DNA from: a virus
Lineage: Duplodnaviria; Caudoviricetes
Length of the DNA: 64,000 bases
Virus record (IMG/VR): IMGVR_UViG_3300046453_000026
Location: 700-64,699 of that record
Reading direction: 5' to 3' (one strand)
This document shows positions 48,150 to 57,175 of the stretch, one piece after another. Below the pieces are notes generated by a model. That model worked only from the letters and a program-made list of their open reading frames with translations, was not told where the DNA came from and did no database searches. A program made the translations under genes and the position numbers. Each line of letters opens with the position of its first letter. Position 1 is the stretch's first letter.

Positions 48150-48720
48150 ACCTTACAAAATTTGACAGTACATTAAAAATAATGCCTTATATAAGAGAGG
48201 TCTTTACTCTCCCTTGACTTAACAACTATTTTGGTCCGTCGTTTAATATAGATTTATGTACACTATACCCTATGGGGGTATATTTGTAAGATACTAGGAG
48301 ATGGTAACTACTGGTAGCTGTCTGGTAATCAGATAAATAATCAAACTTTTGCAAATTCAGTACGAGTTGGTACGGAATACTCACATGTTTTCATTTTTTA
48401 TTTTTCAATTTGAAAAAAATATTTTTTATTTTTTGAAAAAAGAAAAAATAATTCGTGGGGGGAGGGGGGGTATATTTTCTGTGTGACACCCGTTATTCAG
48501 TACGTACTCGTACGGAATTGATAAAAGTTGACCGAAAAAGCATTTTTCAGGGGTGTGGTATGCCGTCGAATCCGTCGAATTTGTCGATTTGGTAGGGGTG
48601 GGGGTATACGTCCGGGTAGCCAAGGGTACCCTCATGGGGTATAAAAGGAAAAACCCCGCCGGGGTGGGCGGGGCATTCTCTGGGGTATATGCGGTTGTGT
48701 TCCGTTTGGGGTATGCCTTA
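48150..48720. other. AT-rich non-coding control region (candidate origin, pac site or genome end)
   Basis: Sharp GC drop, long A/T and G runs, palindromes, no credible ORF. Confidence 0.6.
48649..48673 (-). terminator. Intrinsic terminator closing the early/accessory gene block
   Basis: CCCCGCC...GGCGGGG-TTTTT on the minus strand. Confidence 0.7.
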
Positions 48721-48792
48721 TATTACCCTGCCTGTTGCCGGATAAACAAGGCCCAATATTTCCCTTGTTGTCGATCTTCCGAAGCGCGGAGC

Positions 48793-49206
48793 CTATGGTG
48801 TAGTAGGTTCGTCGATTGGCGCCGCCGGATTATCCGGGTCTGCATCCACCCAGTCCGGGTTAGGCTCAGTGCCCAGTACAGTCTCCACTCGTGAGTATGA
48901 TAGGTATCCGTCAATTAGCGGGCTGAATGCTCCCTCAATTCCGGTGTCTCCCACAATAGCATCCCACGCCTCCACGGTTAGTGCGCCTAGTGTAATACGG
49001 GCGTTGATGATTGCTGCCGCGCCCTCGGCAACTCTGCCTACCTGTGCCAAGATAGCAAGGGGTTTCTCCATCAGTGTTAGGTCTGCCCGCGAGTAGAAGC
49101 GAATGACCTCCACCGAATCTCCGCTGGCCTTATTCTGGAGTGCAATGGTTTTACGCTCCGTTGGTTTGCCGACATCCAAAGTCAGCACTGTTGCCACAAT
49201 TGCCAT
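48793..49206 (-). CDS. Hypothetical protein
   Basis: GGAGAGG RBS before ATG 49206. Confidence 0.5.
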   Translation of the reverse strand: MAIVATVLTLDVGKPTERKTIALQNKASGDSVEVIRFYSRADLTLMEKPLAILAQVGRVAEGAAAIINARITLGALTVEAWDAIVGDTGIEGAFSPLIDGYLSYSRVETVLGTEPNPDWVDADPDNPAAPIDEPTTP

Positions 49207-49242
49207 GTCTATCCTCTCCCTTCGGAAGCATGATAACACGGG

Positions 49243-50058
49243 TTATCCGCCGACGTATATAGCGTTTCCCGGGATGTGATCGTCATTCACTGACACCTGT
49301 GTTACCGGGATTCCCCTGTAGTGGGTGAGCTTGCCCGCTATTTTCTTATCCGGGTATGGTTTTGTGATTTCCGCATATAGTTCGTCGTAAGCGACGTGTC
49401 CCAGCACAATAATTGCAGGAGGAAAACCAACCGCCTTCGTGTGTCCTTGTATTTTACGCCGCAGCTCTTGCTCCGGCGACCACGAGCTGCCCTTTCCGAA
49501 GAATGGGGTTCCCGCAGGTACCGCCGCATCCTCGGTCAGCCCCTCGTAGTATGTTTTAGGAGTCGGCGCGGGTGGTACCGTTGGCAGGGTATCGTTCATC
49601 TCTTGTAGTGCCCTGTGCGTGTGGGTGTCTTCGAATCTCCCGTTCGCAGCGCCTCCGGCCGTTTCTGTGGTCATCTCCCCGTGGAGCGATTTAACCGCAG
49701 CGTAGGTAATCATCGTGTCAGAGAATTGCCTAACCGCCGCCTCCCCTTGCGCCATATAATTGGGCGCCTGCCGCAGCTCGGTAGCTTCGTATTTAGCGAA
49801 CATATGCTCGTATTGCTCAATCTCCGGTGCACTGAATACAGGGACATGGGCATCCTGCGCCTCGCTCCAGCGCATGAGGTAGCTAGTCTTTTGTACCTGC
49901 ACAGCTGGTCGTCTGTGCGCCCACATTGCCTTAATTATTTCCTCCTGCGTCGGGTAGTGGTCGAACGCTCCACAGAAGAGGTTGCCATCTGCTGCTCGCA
50001 GCTCAAATACTTCCTTGGTAGTATCCTTGCCGCGCTTGCTCTCATCATTCGTAATCAT
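49243..50058 (-). CDS. Hypothetical protein
   Basis: Coupled ORF with GGAGG RBS. Confidence 0.55.
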   Translation of the reverse strand: MITNDESKRGKDTTKEVFELRAADGNLFCGAFDHYPTQEEIIKAMWAHRRPAVQVQKTSYLMRWSEAQDAHVPVFSAPEIEQYEHMFAKYEATELRQAPNYMAQGEAAVRQFSDTMITYAAVKSLHGEMTTETAGGAANGRFEDTHTHRALQEMNDTLPTVPPAPTPKTYYEGLTEDAAVPAGTPFFGKGSSWSPEQELRRKIQGHTKAVGFPPAIIVLGHVAYDELYAEITKPYPDKKIAGKLTHYRGIPVTQVSVNDDHIPGNAIYVGG

Positions 50059-50294
50059 TGGTCATGTCCTCCTTTAGTTTGTGGCTCAATGCGGCTGCGC
50101 AGCACCGGAGCCTCTTTGTTCATTTGCTCGTAGCGGTTGATTTCCCGCTGCGTGTTGCTCCCGGAACGTTCCTCCAGCCGTCTGGCATCCCTCATGGGCT
50201 GCACGGCGCGGGTGTCCAGCATAATGTTCTGACAATCCCTTGCTCCCTTGTCTGCGGGCAGCTTGGCTCTTCTCCCTGTCCGCTGCTTGGTCAT
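50055..50294 (-). CDS. Hypothetical protein
   Basis: ATGA overlaps on both sides. Confidence 0.45.
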   Translation of the reverse strand: MTKQRTGRRAKLPADKGARDCQNIMLDTRAVQPMRDARRLEERSGSNTQREINRYEQMNKEAPVLRSRIEPQTKGGHDQ

Positions 50295-50482
50295 TTGGCG
50301 AGCAGGTTGGCTGCTGCCTCTTTGATGGCCTCGATCTGCTCCGCGTCAGATAGCGCAGCGAACGCCTCAACAACGTCATCCGGCACACTCTCGTATGCAC
50401 CTTCCAGCTCAACGAGGTTGCTCATAAAGTCGTACTCGCTGTTAGACAGCCAGTCAATAACAGTCTGCTGGTCATCAGTCAT
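50291..50482 (-). CDS. Hypothetical acidic protein
   Basis: RBS-supported ORF. Confidence 0.5.
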   Translation of the reverse strand: MTDDQQTVIDWLSNSEYDFMSNLVELEGAYESVPDDVVEAFAALSDAEQIEAIKEAAANLLAK

Positions 50483-50501
50483 TTACCACATCTCCTATCT
50501 G

Positions 50502-50798
50502 CTAGATGGTCTCTTCCAGCGCCTCTACCGCGCTTCCGAAGTCATCGAATGACTCCTGTATCTGCCCCAGTGCCTCCTTAAGGCGCTCTAATACTTCCAT
50601 GCGGCTGTTGTAGGTTTCCAGCCGCTCTGACAGTGTAGCTCCCAGTTCTTCCATGCTGTCCAAACGGTCAATCTTCTGCTCCAGCTCGTCCGCTAATTCC
50701 TCATAAAGCTCAGTCAGCCGTGCTACCTCGTCCAGCGGGAAAGCGGCTGTAAGCGCCGCCGCCTCCTTGACTGCCTTCTGGGTGTCTTGCTTATTCAT
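50502..50798 (-). CDS. Hypothetical coiled-coil protein
   Basis: Heptad pattern; coupled ORF. Confidence 0.5.
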   Translation of the reverse strand: MNKQDTQKAVKEAAALTAAFPLDEVARLTELYEELADELEQKIDRLDSMEELGATLSERLETYNSRMEVLERLKEALGQIQESFDDFGSAVEALEETI

Positions 50799-51433
50799 GG
50801 CTCATTACTTTCTTCGTATCCGCCCCATACCTTGATGCCCTTGATACCCGGAACCTCCATTAGCCGCACCGAATCGTATGTTAGCGTAGTCGTTGCACCT
50901 GAAGGTACTTTGCCTAGTACTCTGCCTACATCGGCGCGCTTCGATTTCCGATCCACGACTTGGTAGGCTTCGGAAGACAGGAACACGAAATCCGGCGTTC
51001 TACGTGCAGGAGCACCCGGTGGAAGTGGCTTTGCTCCGTAGATTGCGGCATGCACCAGTAGCTCTACATCTGGCGGGGAGTACAGCACGGGATGCTCGTT
51101 GCCCATGCGGATAATGAAATCTTCCCGCAGCTCTGCGCGTGGCTCCCAGCAAAATGCCTCGACGAGTCTGCGATGCTCCATCTCCGGGTTAAGCTGCTCT
51201 GTTACGATAATGGTGCGGCTAATGGAGTCCGTCACGTCATGCTGCTGCGTGCTCATGTAGTCCATCTGCACAGCCTCACCGCTTGGGTTTACATAAATTA
51301 TTGCGAGCACTCGCACGTCATACTGAAGTCTACGCCCTTGGGTGCGAGCCTTCAGGGTCTGGAACAGCTCACCAACTTTCATGGACTTCGGAAACTCGTA
51401 AGGCTTAGGCACAGTGCCTGATTGATCTGTCAT
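50795..51433 (-). CDS. Hypothetical protein
   Basis: AAAGGAG RBS. Confidence 0.55.
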   Translation of the reverse strand: MTDQSGTVPKPYEFPKSMKVGELFQTLKARTQGRRLQYDVRVLAIIYVNPSGEAVQMDYMSTQQHDVTDSISRTIIVTEQLNPEMEHRRLVEAFCWEPRAELREDFIIRMGNEHPVLYSPPDVELLVHAAIYGAKPLPPGAPARRTPDFVFLSSEAYQVVDRKSKRADVGRVLGKVPSGATTTLTYDSVRLMEVPGIKGIKVWGGYEESNEP

Positions 51434-51463
51434 GGCTTGATCTCTCCTTTAGGTGTAGTGTAC

Positions 51464-52078
51464 TTACAAGCTAAGCTGCTGCTTTAACGAACGGTTGATA
51501 AACTCGGCAGCAAATGCGGCCTGCGCCTCCTGCTGTGGATCAATAGGATTTCCACTCTTACTGATCAGCACGACAACCCCCTGAGTGTCGTCTTCGATAC
51601 CACCAATGCGGCGCAGGTGGTAAGAGTGGGAAGGGATCGTACCCCATCCGCTATCGAGGTCAAGCTCACCCGGGTCGCATAGCTTCAGGTACGCGCGGTC
51701 TCCTTCAATCGCACTGATCGTGCATTTAACACTATCCGTTCTTAAGAAGTCACTGATATCCTCCCCTACACTACTGCCCGAAGGGATACGCTGAAGCCCG
51801 CGAGTGACTATTACCTCGGCCGTGTCTGTAATGACGACCGCGCAATCGCTTGACTGGAACAGGGACTCTGCAATTGTGGAGGCGTGGTCCGCAATATTGC
51901 CTACAGTGCTATACCGCCGCATTAGTACAGAACCATCCTTACCCAGCATGATCTCCAAGGGGTCACCCTCCCGCGCGTGCATAGCGCGGCGGATATCTTT
52001 AGGGATTACGACGCGTCCAAGGTCGTCGATACGGCGTACAATCCCTGTAGCTCTCCATTCATTTGATGCTGTTGACAT
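51464..52078 (-). CDS. spoVT: SpoVT-like transcription regulator (AbrB domain plus GAF-like domain)
   Basis: ATGIVRRIDDLGRVVIPKDIRR...REGDPLEI N-terminus; C-terminal G.VVLISK...A..AAEF as in SpoVT. Confidence 0.85.
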   Translation of the reverse strand: MSTASNEWRATGIVRRIDDLGRVVIPKDIRRAMHAREGDPLEIMLGKDGSVLMRRYSTVGNIADHASTIAESLFQSSDCAVVITDTAEVIVTRGLQRIPSGSSVGEDISDFLRTDSVKCTISAIEGDRAYLKLCDPGELDLDSGWGTIPSHSYHLRRIGGIEDDTQGVVVLISKSGNPIDPQQEAQAAFAAEFINRSLKQQLSL

Positions 52079-52233
52079 ATGTGTATCCTCCTCATTTTGG
52101 GGCTTACTTAATGCGCTTCGTTTTATATGACAGGGTCATCCGTATCAAGTAGCAGGCTTCGCGGGCTTCGTGGAATTCTCCCTTGTACGTCTGTTTCACC
52201 ATGTTACGAAACAGGAACCATAACAGCCTCGCC

Positions 52234-52905
52234 TTATCCCGCATCTTCGCCACCATCAGACTTCGGAAGCTCGAATGGGTTAGCTACTAACAGCTTGTGC
52301 TCCCAGCTCATGGCGTTGTACGTCTCATGGCATTCCGTGCAATTGCACGAGTTGACAATTACTTTTTCTTTTAGGTCATAGTTACCCCTCAGGGTGTCCC
52401 CCAGTAGAGCGTCGCATCGGGCGCAGCTTACCTGCGCCATGGATGTGCGGACAACGTTGCTGTGCCCCAGTATGGCGCACACCACAGCAGGCGTGCGAGG
52501 ATCGGATAGGGTCAGGCCAAGCTGCGCCAGCAAGTGCAGGAGCTGGTGACTTCCGTAGATGCCCGCCTCTTCCTTGACGGTGACGGCCTTGTCATCCCAG
52601 TACTCATGCGCGTAGATTTTAGGACTCCGGCCCTCAAACCAGCGGAATGTCGACGGGTGATGCTCGTTGAAGTACTTAATCGGCAGGTTGTACTCCTTGA
52701 TGACCTGCTTGGCATCCTCCAGCTTATAGCCTGAGCGGCAGGTCCACAGCACGAACTCCGTGTGCGGGTTGGCGGCGAGCTGCCCTTTCATCCGGTCAAC
52801 CGTGGACTGAATAATGTGGCCTTTGGTAATGTCCGGCCAGCCGCCAGCATAGATGCAGTCATCGAAGTCGATAGCGATAATGTACAGCGGGTCGCGCTCT
52901 TTCAT
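52234..52905 (-). CDS. HAD-superfamily hydrolase with Cys-rich C-terminal domain
   Basis: IAIDFDDCI, LWTCR and KIYA..YWDDK motifs. Confidence 0.75.
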   Translation of the reverse strand: MKERDPLYIIAIDFDDCIYAGGWPDITKGHIIQSTVDRMKGQLAANPHTEFVLWTCRSGYKLEDAKQVIKEYNLPIKYFNEHHPSTFRWFEGRSPKIYAHEYWDDKAVTVKEEAGIYGSHQLLHLLAQLGLTLSDPRTPAVVCAILGHSNVVRTSMAQVSCARCDALLGDTLRGNYDLKEKVIVNSCNCTECHETYNAMSWEHKLLVANPFELPKSDGGEDAG

Positions 52906-52933
52906 AGGCTCGTTCCTCGTTTCGTAGTATTTA

Positions 52934-53482
52934 TTAAGGTCTTCGGAAGTTAAGGGTGTGCTGCGGCCAAGCGCTCCGCGTGGCTTCGGGTTCGTTCTTC
53001 TCCCTCCAGCGCCTGTCGAGCTGTTCACATTTCGCCTCCATCGCAGATGCGAGGTCAATGCCTAAGTAGTCTGCCGCGACTGCGATGTTCCACACCATGT
53101 CAGACAGCTCGTACCCGATAAGCCTCAGACGTATGTCGCGCGGCCCATCTTCAATGCGGACCCCTTCTAACCGGATAATCTCCTTGGCTACTTCTCCAAG
53201 TTCGGAAGTAAGGTGCAGCATGCGGTTCGCTATGGGTACGTCGTACAGACCGTGCTGCTTGGCTGATTCAGCTACCCGCGCCTGATACTCACTCATTCCA
53301 TACTTCGGAAGTTCGGCACTGCCACTCTTCGGAAGTACAGTGGGTAAGCAGTCAGAACAATAGTTGATTACCATGTCCACGCCGTGGGACTCTCCGCATA
53401 CCTTGCATGTGCCACTTGGCACCGGGTGCCCTACCCATTCGTGCAGAGGCTTGCACTTCTCGCAGTTACATATCTCTTTCAT
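52934..53482 (-). CDS. MazG-like NTP pyrophosphohydrolase with N-terminal Zn-finger
   Basis: LTSELGEVAKEI...ELSDMVW..A...GIDL motif. Confidence 0.8.
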   Translation of the reverse strand: MKEICNCEKCKPLHEWVGHPVPSGTCKVCGESHGVDMVINYCSDCLPTVLPKSGSAELPKYGMSEYQARVAESAKQHGLYDVPIANRMLHLTSELGEVAKEIIRLEGVRIEDGPRDIRLRLIGYELSDMVWNIAVAADYLGIDLASAMEAKCEQLDRRWREKNEPEATRSAWPQHTLNFRRP

Positions 53483-53637
53483 TCTTGATCGTCCTCCTTT
53501 GATTCGTCCGTATTATGTTCGCTGTTGTACAGCCTCTCTGCCCGCTCCCGGGCGTCGGCCTTGCTGAAGGCAAATACGTTATACTTTTCGCCCTTGTGTA
53601 TCACGGTGTACACACGCATCGGTAGCCACATGTTCAT
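53479..53637 (-). CDS. Small hypothetical protein (52 aa, not in the ORF track)
   Basis: Fills the gap with ATGA overlaps on both sides. Confidence 0.4.
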   Translation of the reverse strand: MNMWLPMRVYTVIHKGEKYNVFAFSKADARERAERLYNSEHNTDESKEDDQE

Positions 53638-53840
53638 AGATCATGTTCCGAAGTGTAGTGCACAGACTTCTCGCACGAGGGGCACGACGGCGGACAAGAG
53701 TAGCTGCTGGTTGTGAAGAACTTCTCCCCACAGTCCTTGTCGTCACACTGGCACTCGTACAACCGCATGCCCAGCACGTCAATGATGCGGCCGCTTGCTG
53801 TGTAGGTAACGTTGGCGGCGTGACTGTGCTTTGTAGTCAT
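53634..53840 (-). CDS. Small Zn-ribbon protein
   Basis: YEC....CG..F....CPSCE. Confidence 0.5.
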   Translation of the reverse strand: MTTKHSHAANVTYTASGRIIDVLGMRLYECQCDDKDCGEKFFTTSSYSCPPSCPSCEKSVHYTSEHDL

Positions 53841-54496
53841 AGATCGTCATCCTCTCCGATATCCCACATCACCCATGCAGTACGTTTCTGCCCACGGTCG
53901 AAGTATTTGAAGTTAGCCGTAATCCACTTAAGCTGCGCCACGGTGGCTCCGCTGAATTCGAGGTTAAGCCCGCCCAGCTTTGGGGAGGTAGTAATGATTC
54001 CGTCTCCGTCTTCATTCGGGTCAGCCTCACCCCTGTACCGCCGGACGCCGGAGAAGTAGATGAAGGTGAACTGCTCTTCGAAGGTGTAGTCACGCAGCAC
54101 CAGCGCATGCTCAGTACTCGCGCATTTCAGGAACACCCCATTTGGCAGCAGTACCCCGCTGACTCCCATGCCTTCCTCGAATTCGTACTGCGTAGCAAGG
54201 TCTGCGCCGCTCAGCGCCTTCTGCTTCATGTACCAATCGGCCAAGCTACGGGGATCGGCAGTAAGGCTCATGCCGACTGTCATTCCCCTATTCACCATGT
54301 GCACCAGTATGCTTCGGAACTCTTCACCGATTAGCTCCTTAATCTCGTACTCTGCCGCGACCTCGTCCACAATCTGGGATGCATGGTACTCGCTGTGCAT
54401 CTTTAAGGCTTCCGCAATCTGATCGTTTGAGAGTCCGAACGCCCCACCCACTCTGCGCGGGATAACAGGGTCTTTCTTGTGCTCTTCTTCAGCCAC
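53837..54496 (-). CDS. Hypothetical protein
   Basis: GTG start at 54496 with a GGAGGTG RBS. Confidence 0.55.
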   Translation of the reverse strand: MAEEEHKKDPVIPRRVGGAFGLSNDQIAEALKMHSEYHASQIVDEVAAEYEIKELIGEEFRSILVHMVNRGMTVGMSLTADPRSLADWYMKQKALSGADLATQYEFEEGMGVSGVLLPNGVFLKCASTEHALVLRDYTFEEQFTFIYFSGVRRYRGEADPNEDGDGIITTSPKLGGLNLEFSGATVAQLKWITANFKYFDRGQKRTAWVMWDIGEDDDL

Positions 54497-54788
54497 AGAC
54501 GGGCACCTCCACCACGGGCACCGGGACGCCCAGCAGCTCTGCGAGGGTGTCATAGTGAGCCTGCATGTCATCCCGCTGCTGCCGCAGAATAGGTAATCTG
54601 TGCTTGGCCCGGTGCTTCAAGGTCTCATACGCCTTGTCCGACCGGAATGGACCGTTGTCCACAAGGCGCGCTACTTTCTCCATATGCTGAACCTGTGCGT
54701 TGAAATTTTTCAGTTGCTCCGCTGCTTCCTTATACGCCCATTGGAGCGAGACGTTGACCTGCTGTGTTACGTTAATTTGAGTACTCAA
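54489..54788 (-). CDS. Hypothetical protein
   Basis: Coupled ORF resembling its upstream neighbour (WAY..A..QL). Confidence 0.5.
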   Translation of the reverse strand: MSTQINVTQQVNVSLQWAYKEAAEQLKNFNAQVQHMEKVARLVDNGPFRSDKAYETLKHRAKHRLPILRQQRDDMQAHYDTLAELLGVPVPVVEVPVCG

Positions 54789-55036
54789 TGTTGCACCTCC
54801 GGTGGTAAGCCTAACGCCTCAGACAGCGTCTTTACGTGGCGGGTTAATTCTGCATGCTCTGCGTACAGCTCCGGGAGCTTATCCTCACAGGCTCTACGGT
54901 AGGATTCCGATTGCGGCACATGGGGTGTAGGCCGGGCGTTGCTCTCCATCTGTGCAGTTATGCGCTTGTTCACGCTTAGCTGCGCGACGGCTTGGGTGTA
55001 CGCCCACAGCATCGCGTCTATAAGCTGTTGTTCCAT
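54785..55036 (-). CDS. Hypothetical protein
   Basis: Coupled ORF. Confidence 0.5.
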   Translation of the reverse strand: MEQQLIDAMLWAYTQAVAQLSVNKRITAQMESNARPTPHVPQSESYRRACEDKLPELYAEHAELTRHVKTLSEALGLPPEVQH

Positions 55037-55284
55037 TCGTCCACCATTTCCCTTCCTCGGGCGGTCAGTCTGGCTGCAAAGTAGGCCCGGCGACCTGTGC
55101 CGTCCGTTACGTCGATGAACTTCGGAAGCTCGTGAGTAGGTATGATTGTAATAGCTTCCGGGTGCAGCGCCTGCACCTCCCGGAGACGAACGGCTGATGC
55201 GTACTCGAACACGGTCGCGCCGTTGTCAATGATGTCCATGCACTCATAGTGATCGTCGGTTAAAGCGGTGAGTTTTTGGGCCAT
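55018..55284 (-). CDS. Hypothetical protein, possibly winged helix
   Basis: C-terminal RLTARGRE. Confidence 0.45.
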   Translation of the reverse strand: MAQKLTALTDDHYECMDIIDNGATVFEYASAVRLREVQALHPEAITIIPTHELPKFIDVTDGTGRRAYFAARLTARGREMVDEWNNSL

Positions 55285-55538
55285 GATTTAATCGTCACCT
55301 GCTCTCTTCTGGCCTCGTTGTACTTCTGAAGTACTTCGGGGTCTCCGTAAAGTGTGAATATTGCCATGCACTGGCGGCAATCCATTCCGACGTGTAGTGT
55401 ACGATCAGGGGACTCGACGATAATTACGCCGAATTTCCCCTCTCCCGGTTCGGGCTTGGCCGCCGATGCTGCACGCCCCGGCGAATGATTGCCACAGGTG
55501 CAGGTCATGGGACCCATGGTGATGATGTTAGCGTTCAT
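55260..55538 (-). CDS. Hypothetical Cys-containing protein
   Basis: CTCG...CRQC. Confidence 0.45.
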   Translation of the reverse strand: MNANIITMGPMTCTCGNHSPGRAASAAKPEPGEGKFGVIIVESPDRTLHVGMDCRQCMAIFTLYGDPEVLQKYNEARREQVTIKSWPKNSPL

Positions 55539-56281
55539 TGTGCTGCCACCTCTCTATGGTTATCAATGTAGCTGTTCACGAACTGCTGTACATACTGGCC
55601 GCTCACGTAGCAGGCGATATTCAGGTACGTACCGTTCGCCTCTTTCATTACTGCATACGTAACGCCGACTACTTGCCCGCTGTAGTTAAGGATCGGACTG
55701 CCGGAGTTTCCGGGGCGCTGCATGATGCTAACCAGCCCCGTAGCAGGGTTCTCGATGATCCCTTCGTTGCGGCGCGGGTAAGTGCTACCCATGCTCTCCA
55801 GTGGGAATCCCATTGCTGCAACGGGTGTCCCCGGAGCATCGACGCCGAATGCGAAGGGTGTCACATACTCGCCATCCTTCGCGTCAATCTCAAGCAGCGC
55901 TAAGTCTCTTGCAGTATCCACAGCGACGACGTTGGCGCTTATTGCTACTTTGCGGTGGTCCTTATCTCCGGTGTTGTAGTACAGATTAATGGCCGTCCGG
56001 CCATGGATATCTACCACATGACGGTTCGTTACGAGCAGCGTCTTGGTTACAAAGAACGCGGTGCCCAGTGTGCTGTCGATGGCGGTAGTCACATCGTCAA
56101 TAGGTCTCGCGGACATCACATGTACTTCCGCTACGCTACCCCGCAGCGCATCGAGCGCCGGATAGGCCGCCTCTCCTACGACTGTTCCTGATACGACAGT
56201 ACCTACGACGGGGTCAGCACATACGGTTTGACCTGCGAGCAGGATAGAGAGCATAACGGATAGGATAATTTTCTTAAACAT
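55535..56281 (-). CDS. Secreted trypsin-like (S1) serine protease
   Basis: Signal peptide MFKKIILSVMLSILLAG; catalytic triad TNRHVV / DLALL / GNSGSP. Confidence 0.88.
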   Translation of the reverse strand: MFKKIILSVMLSILLAGQTVCADPVVGTVVSGTVVGEAAYPALDALRGSVAEVHVMSARPIDDVTTAIDSTLGTAFFVTKTLLVTNRHVVDIHGRTAINLYYNTGDKDHRKVAISANVVAVDTARDLALLEIDAKDGEYVTPFAFGVDAPGTPVAAMGFPLESMGSTYPRRNEGIIENPATGLVSIMQRPGNSGSPILNYSGQVVGVTYAVMKEANGTYLNIACYVSGQYVQQFVNSYIDNHREVAAQ

Positions 56282-56357
56282 GATTCAACATCTCCTTTAG
56301 TGGGTATGGCAGGTCTCCCTGCTCATACCCACTATACACAGGCAACTCATGGAACTC

Positions 56358-56810
56358 TTACCAGTTAACGTCATCGGTCATAAACAGGTTGGCCTTATGG
56401 GGTGTGTTCGTCTCGTAGAACTCTTCACCCTTATCGTGGCCCCATTTCTTAGCCCACGCGCGACTCTTTTCGATGGTTAGCGCCCGGCTGTAGCGGTCGC
56501 CGGACTTGCCGCAGTCGTGGCAGTGTGACCGGGTAAAGTACAGTCCGCCGCCTTGCCATGGCTCGCCGTCTGTCTCTACGTTAGCGTGTGGGCAGTGGCG
56601 CTGTAGTGTTTCAAGCTCCCACTGAATAACGCGCCTCCTGCCCTCTGCTGCCCGCTCCTCCATCTTCGCAGCTTCCAGCCGTTCCTCAATCCGCGCCCGT
56701 GCAATGCGCAGCTCTTCCGAAGGCAGGGACTTGATGTGTATCGGTAGGTAGGTCGGAGCTATGCCCCTCCTCAGGTTGATCGGTGTAGGTCCTTGCAATG
56801 CCTTTACCAT
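56358..56810 (-). CDS. Hypothetical protein (coiled coil plus CPH..C..CGK)
   Basis: Coupled ORF. Confidence 0.5.
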   Translation of the reverse strand: MVKALQGPTPINLRRGIAPTYLPIHIKSLPSEELRIARARIEERLEAAKMEERAAEGRRRVIQWELETLQRHCPHANVETDGEPWQGGGLYFTRSHCHDCGKSGDRYSRALTIEKSRAWAKKWGHDKGEEFYETNTPHKANLFMTDDVNW

Positions 56811-57175
56811 TGGATCACATCCTTGTTCAAGTCTTTGACCTTCTGAAGTGCGTACTCGTGACGCTTCTCGCCCTCACATAGCGTTTTCCAGATCATGGAG
56901 CCTTCCACCAGTGCTGCACCATGCTCCGCGAGTAGGTGCGCTTTGACGGCCAAGATATGCTCCAGTGTCATCCCGCCCTCATTTGGCGGTTTTAAAGGGG
57001 ACAGCGTGCGTCCTCGCTTGTCCCGCCATTTGTTGCTTGTAAGTACATCCTCTGTTCGATCCTCGCGCGACGGCAGGTACGGAGAGCCGCTGCTGTGGAA
57101 CTTCTTTCCGCTCTTCGAGAACCACTCACCCTGATTCAGGGCGAGGTCCATATAGTAGTCCGCCATCTCACCCAT
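56804..57175 (-). CDS. Hypothetical protein
   Basis: MGEMADY N-terminus, common in small phage proteins. Confidence 0.55.
   Translation of the reverse strand: MGEMADYYMDLALNQGEWFSKSGKKFHSSGSPYLPSREDRTEDVLTSNKWRDKRGRTLSPLKPPNEGGMTLEHILAVKAHLLAEHGAALVEGSMIWKTLCEGEKRHEYALQKVKDLNKDVIQW

Noticed and set aside
47874-48894. ORFs 47874-48080, 48426-48635 and 48553-48894
   Set aside because: They have no RBS, atypical composition, and overlap promoter, terminator and AT-rich elements.
52191-52214. parS-like palindrome upstream of spoVT
   Set aside because: CTGTTTC...GAAACAG has the wrong spacing and core for TGTTNCACGTGAAACA; more likely a simple hairpin.
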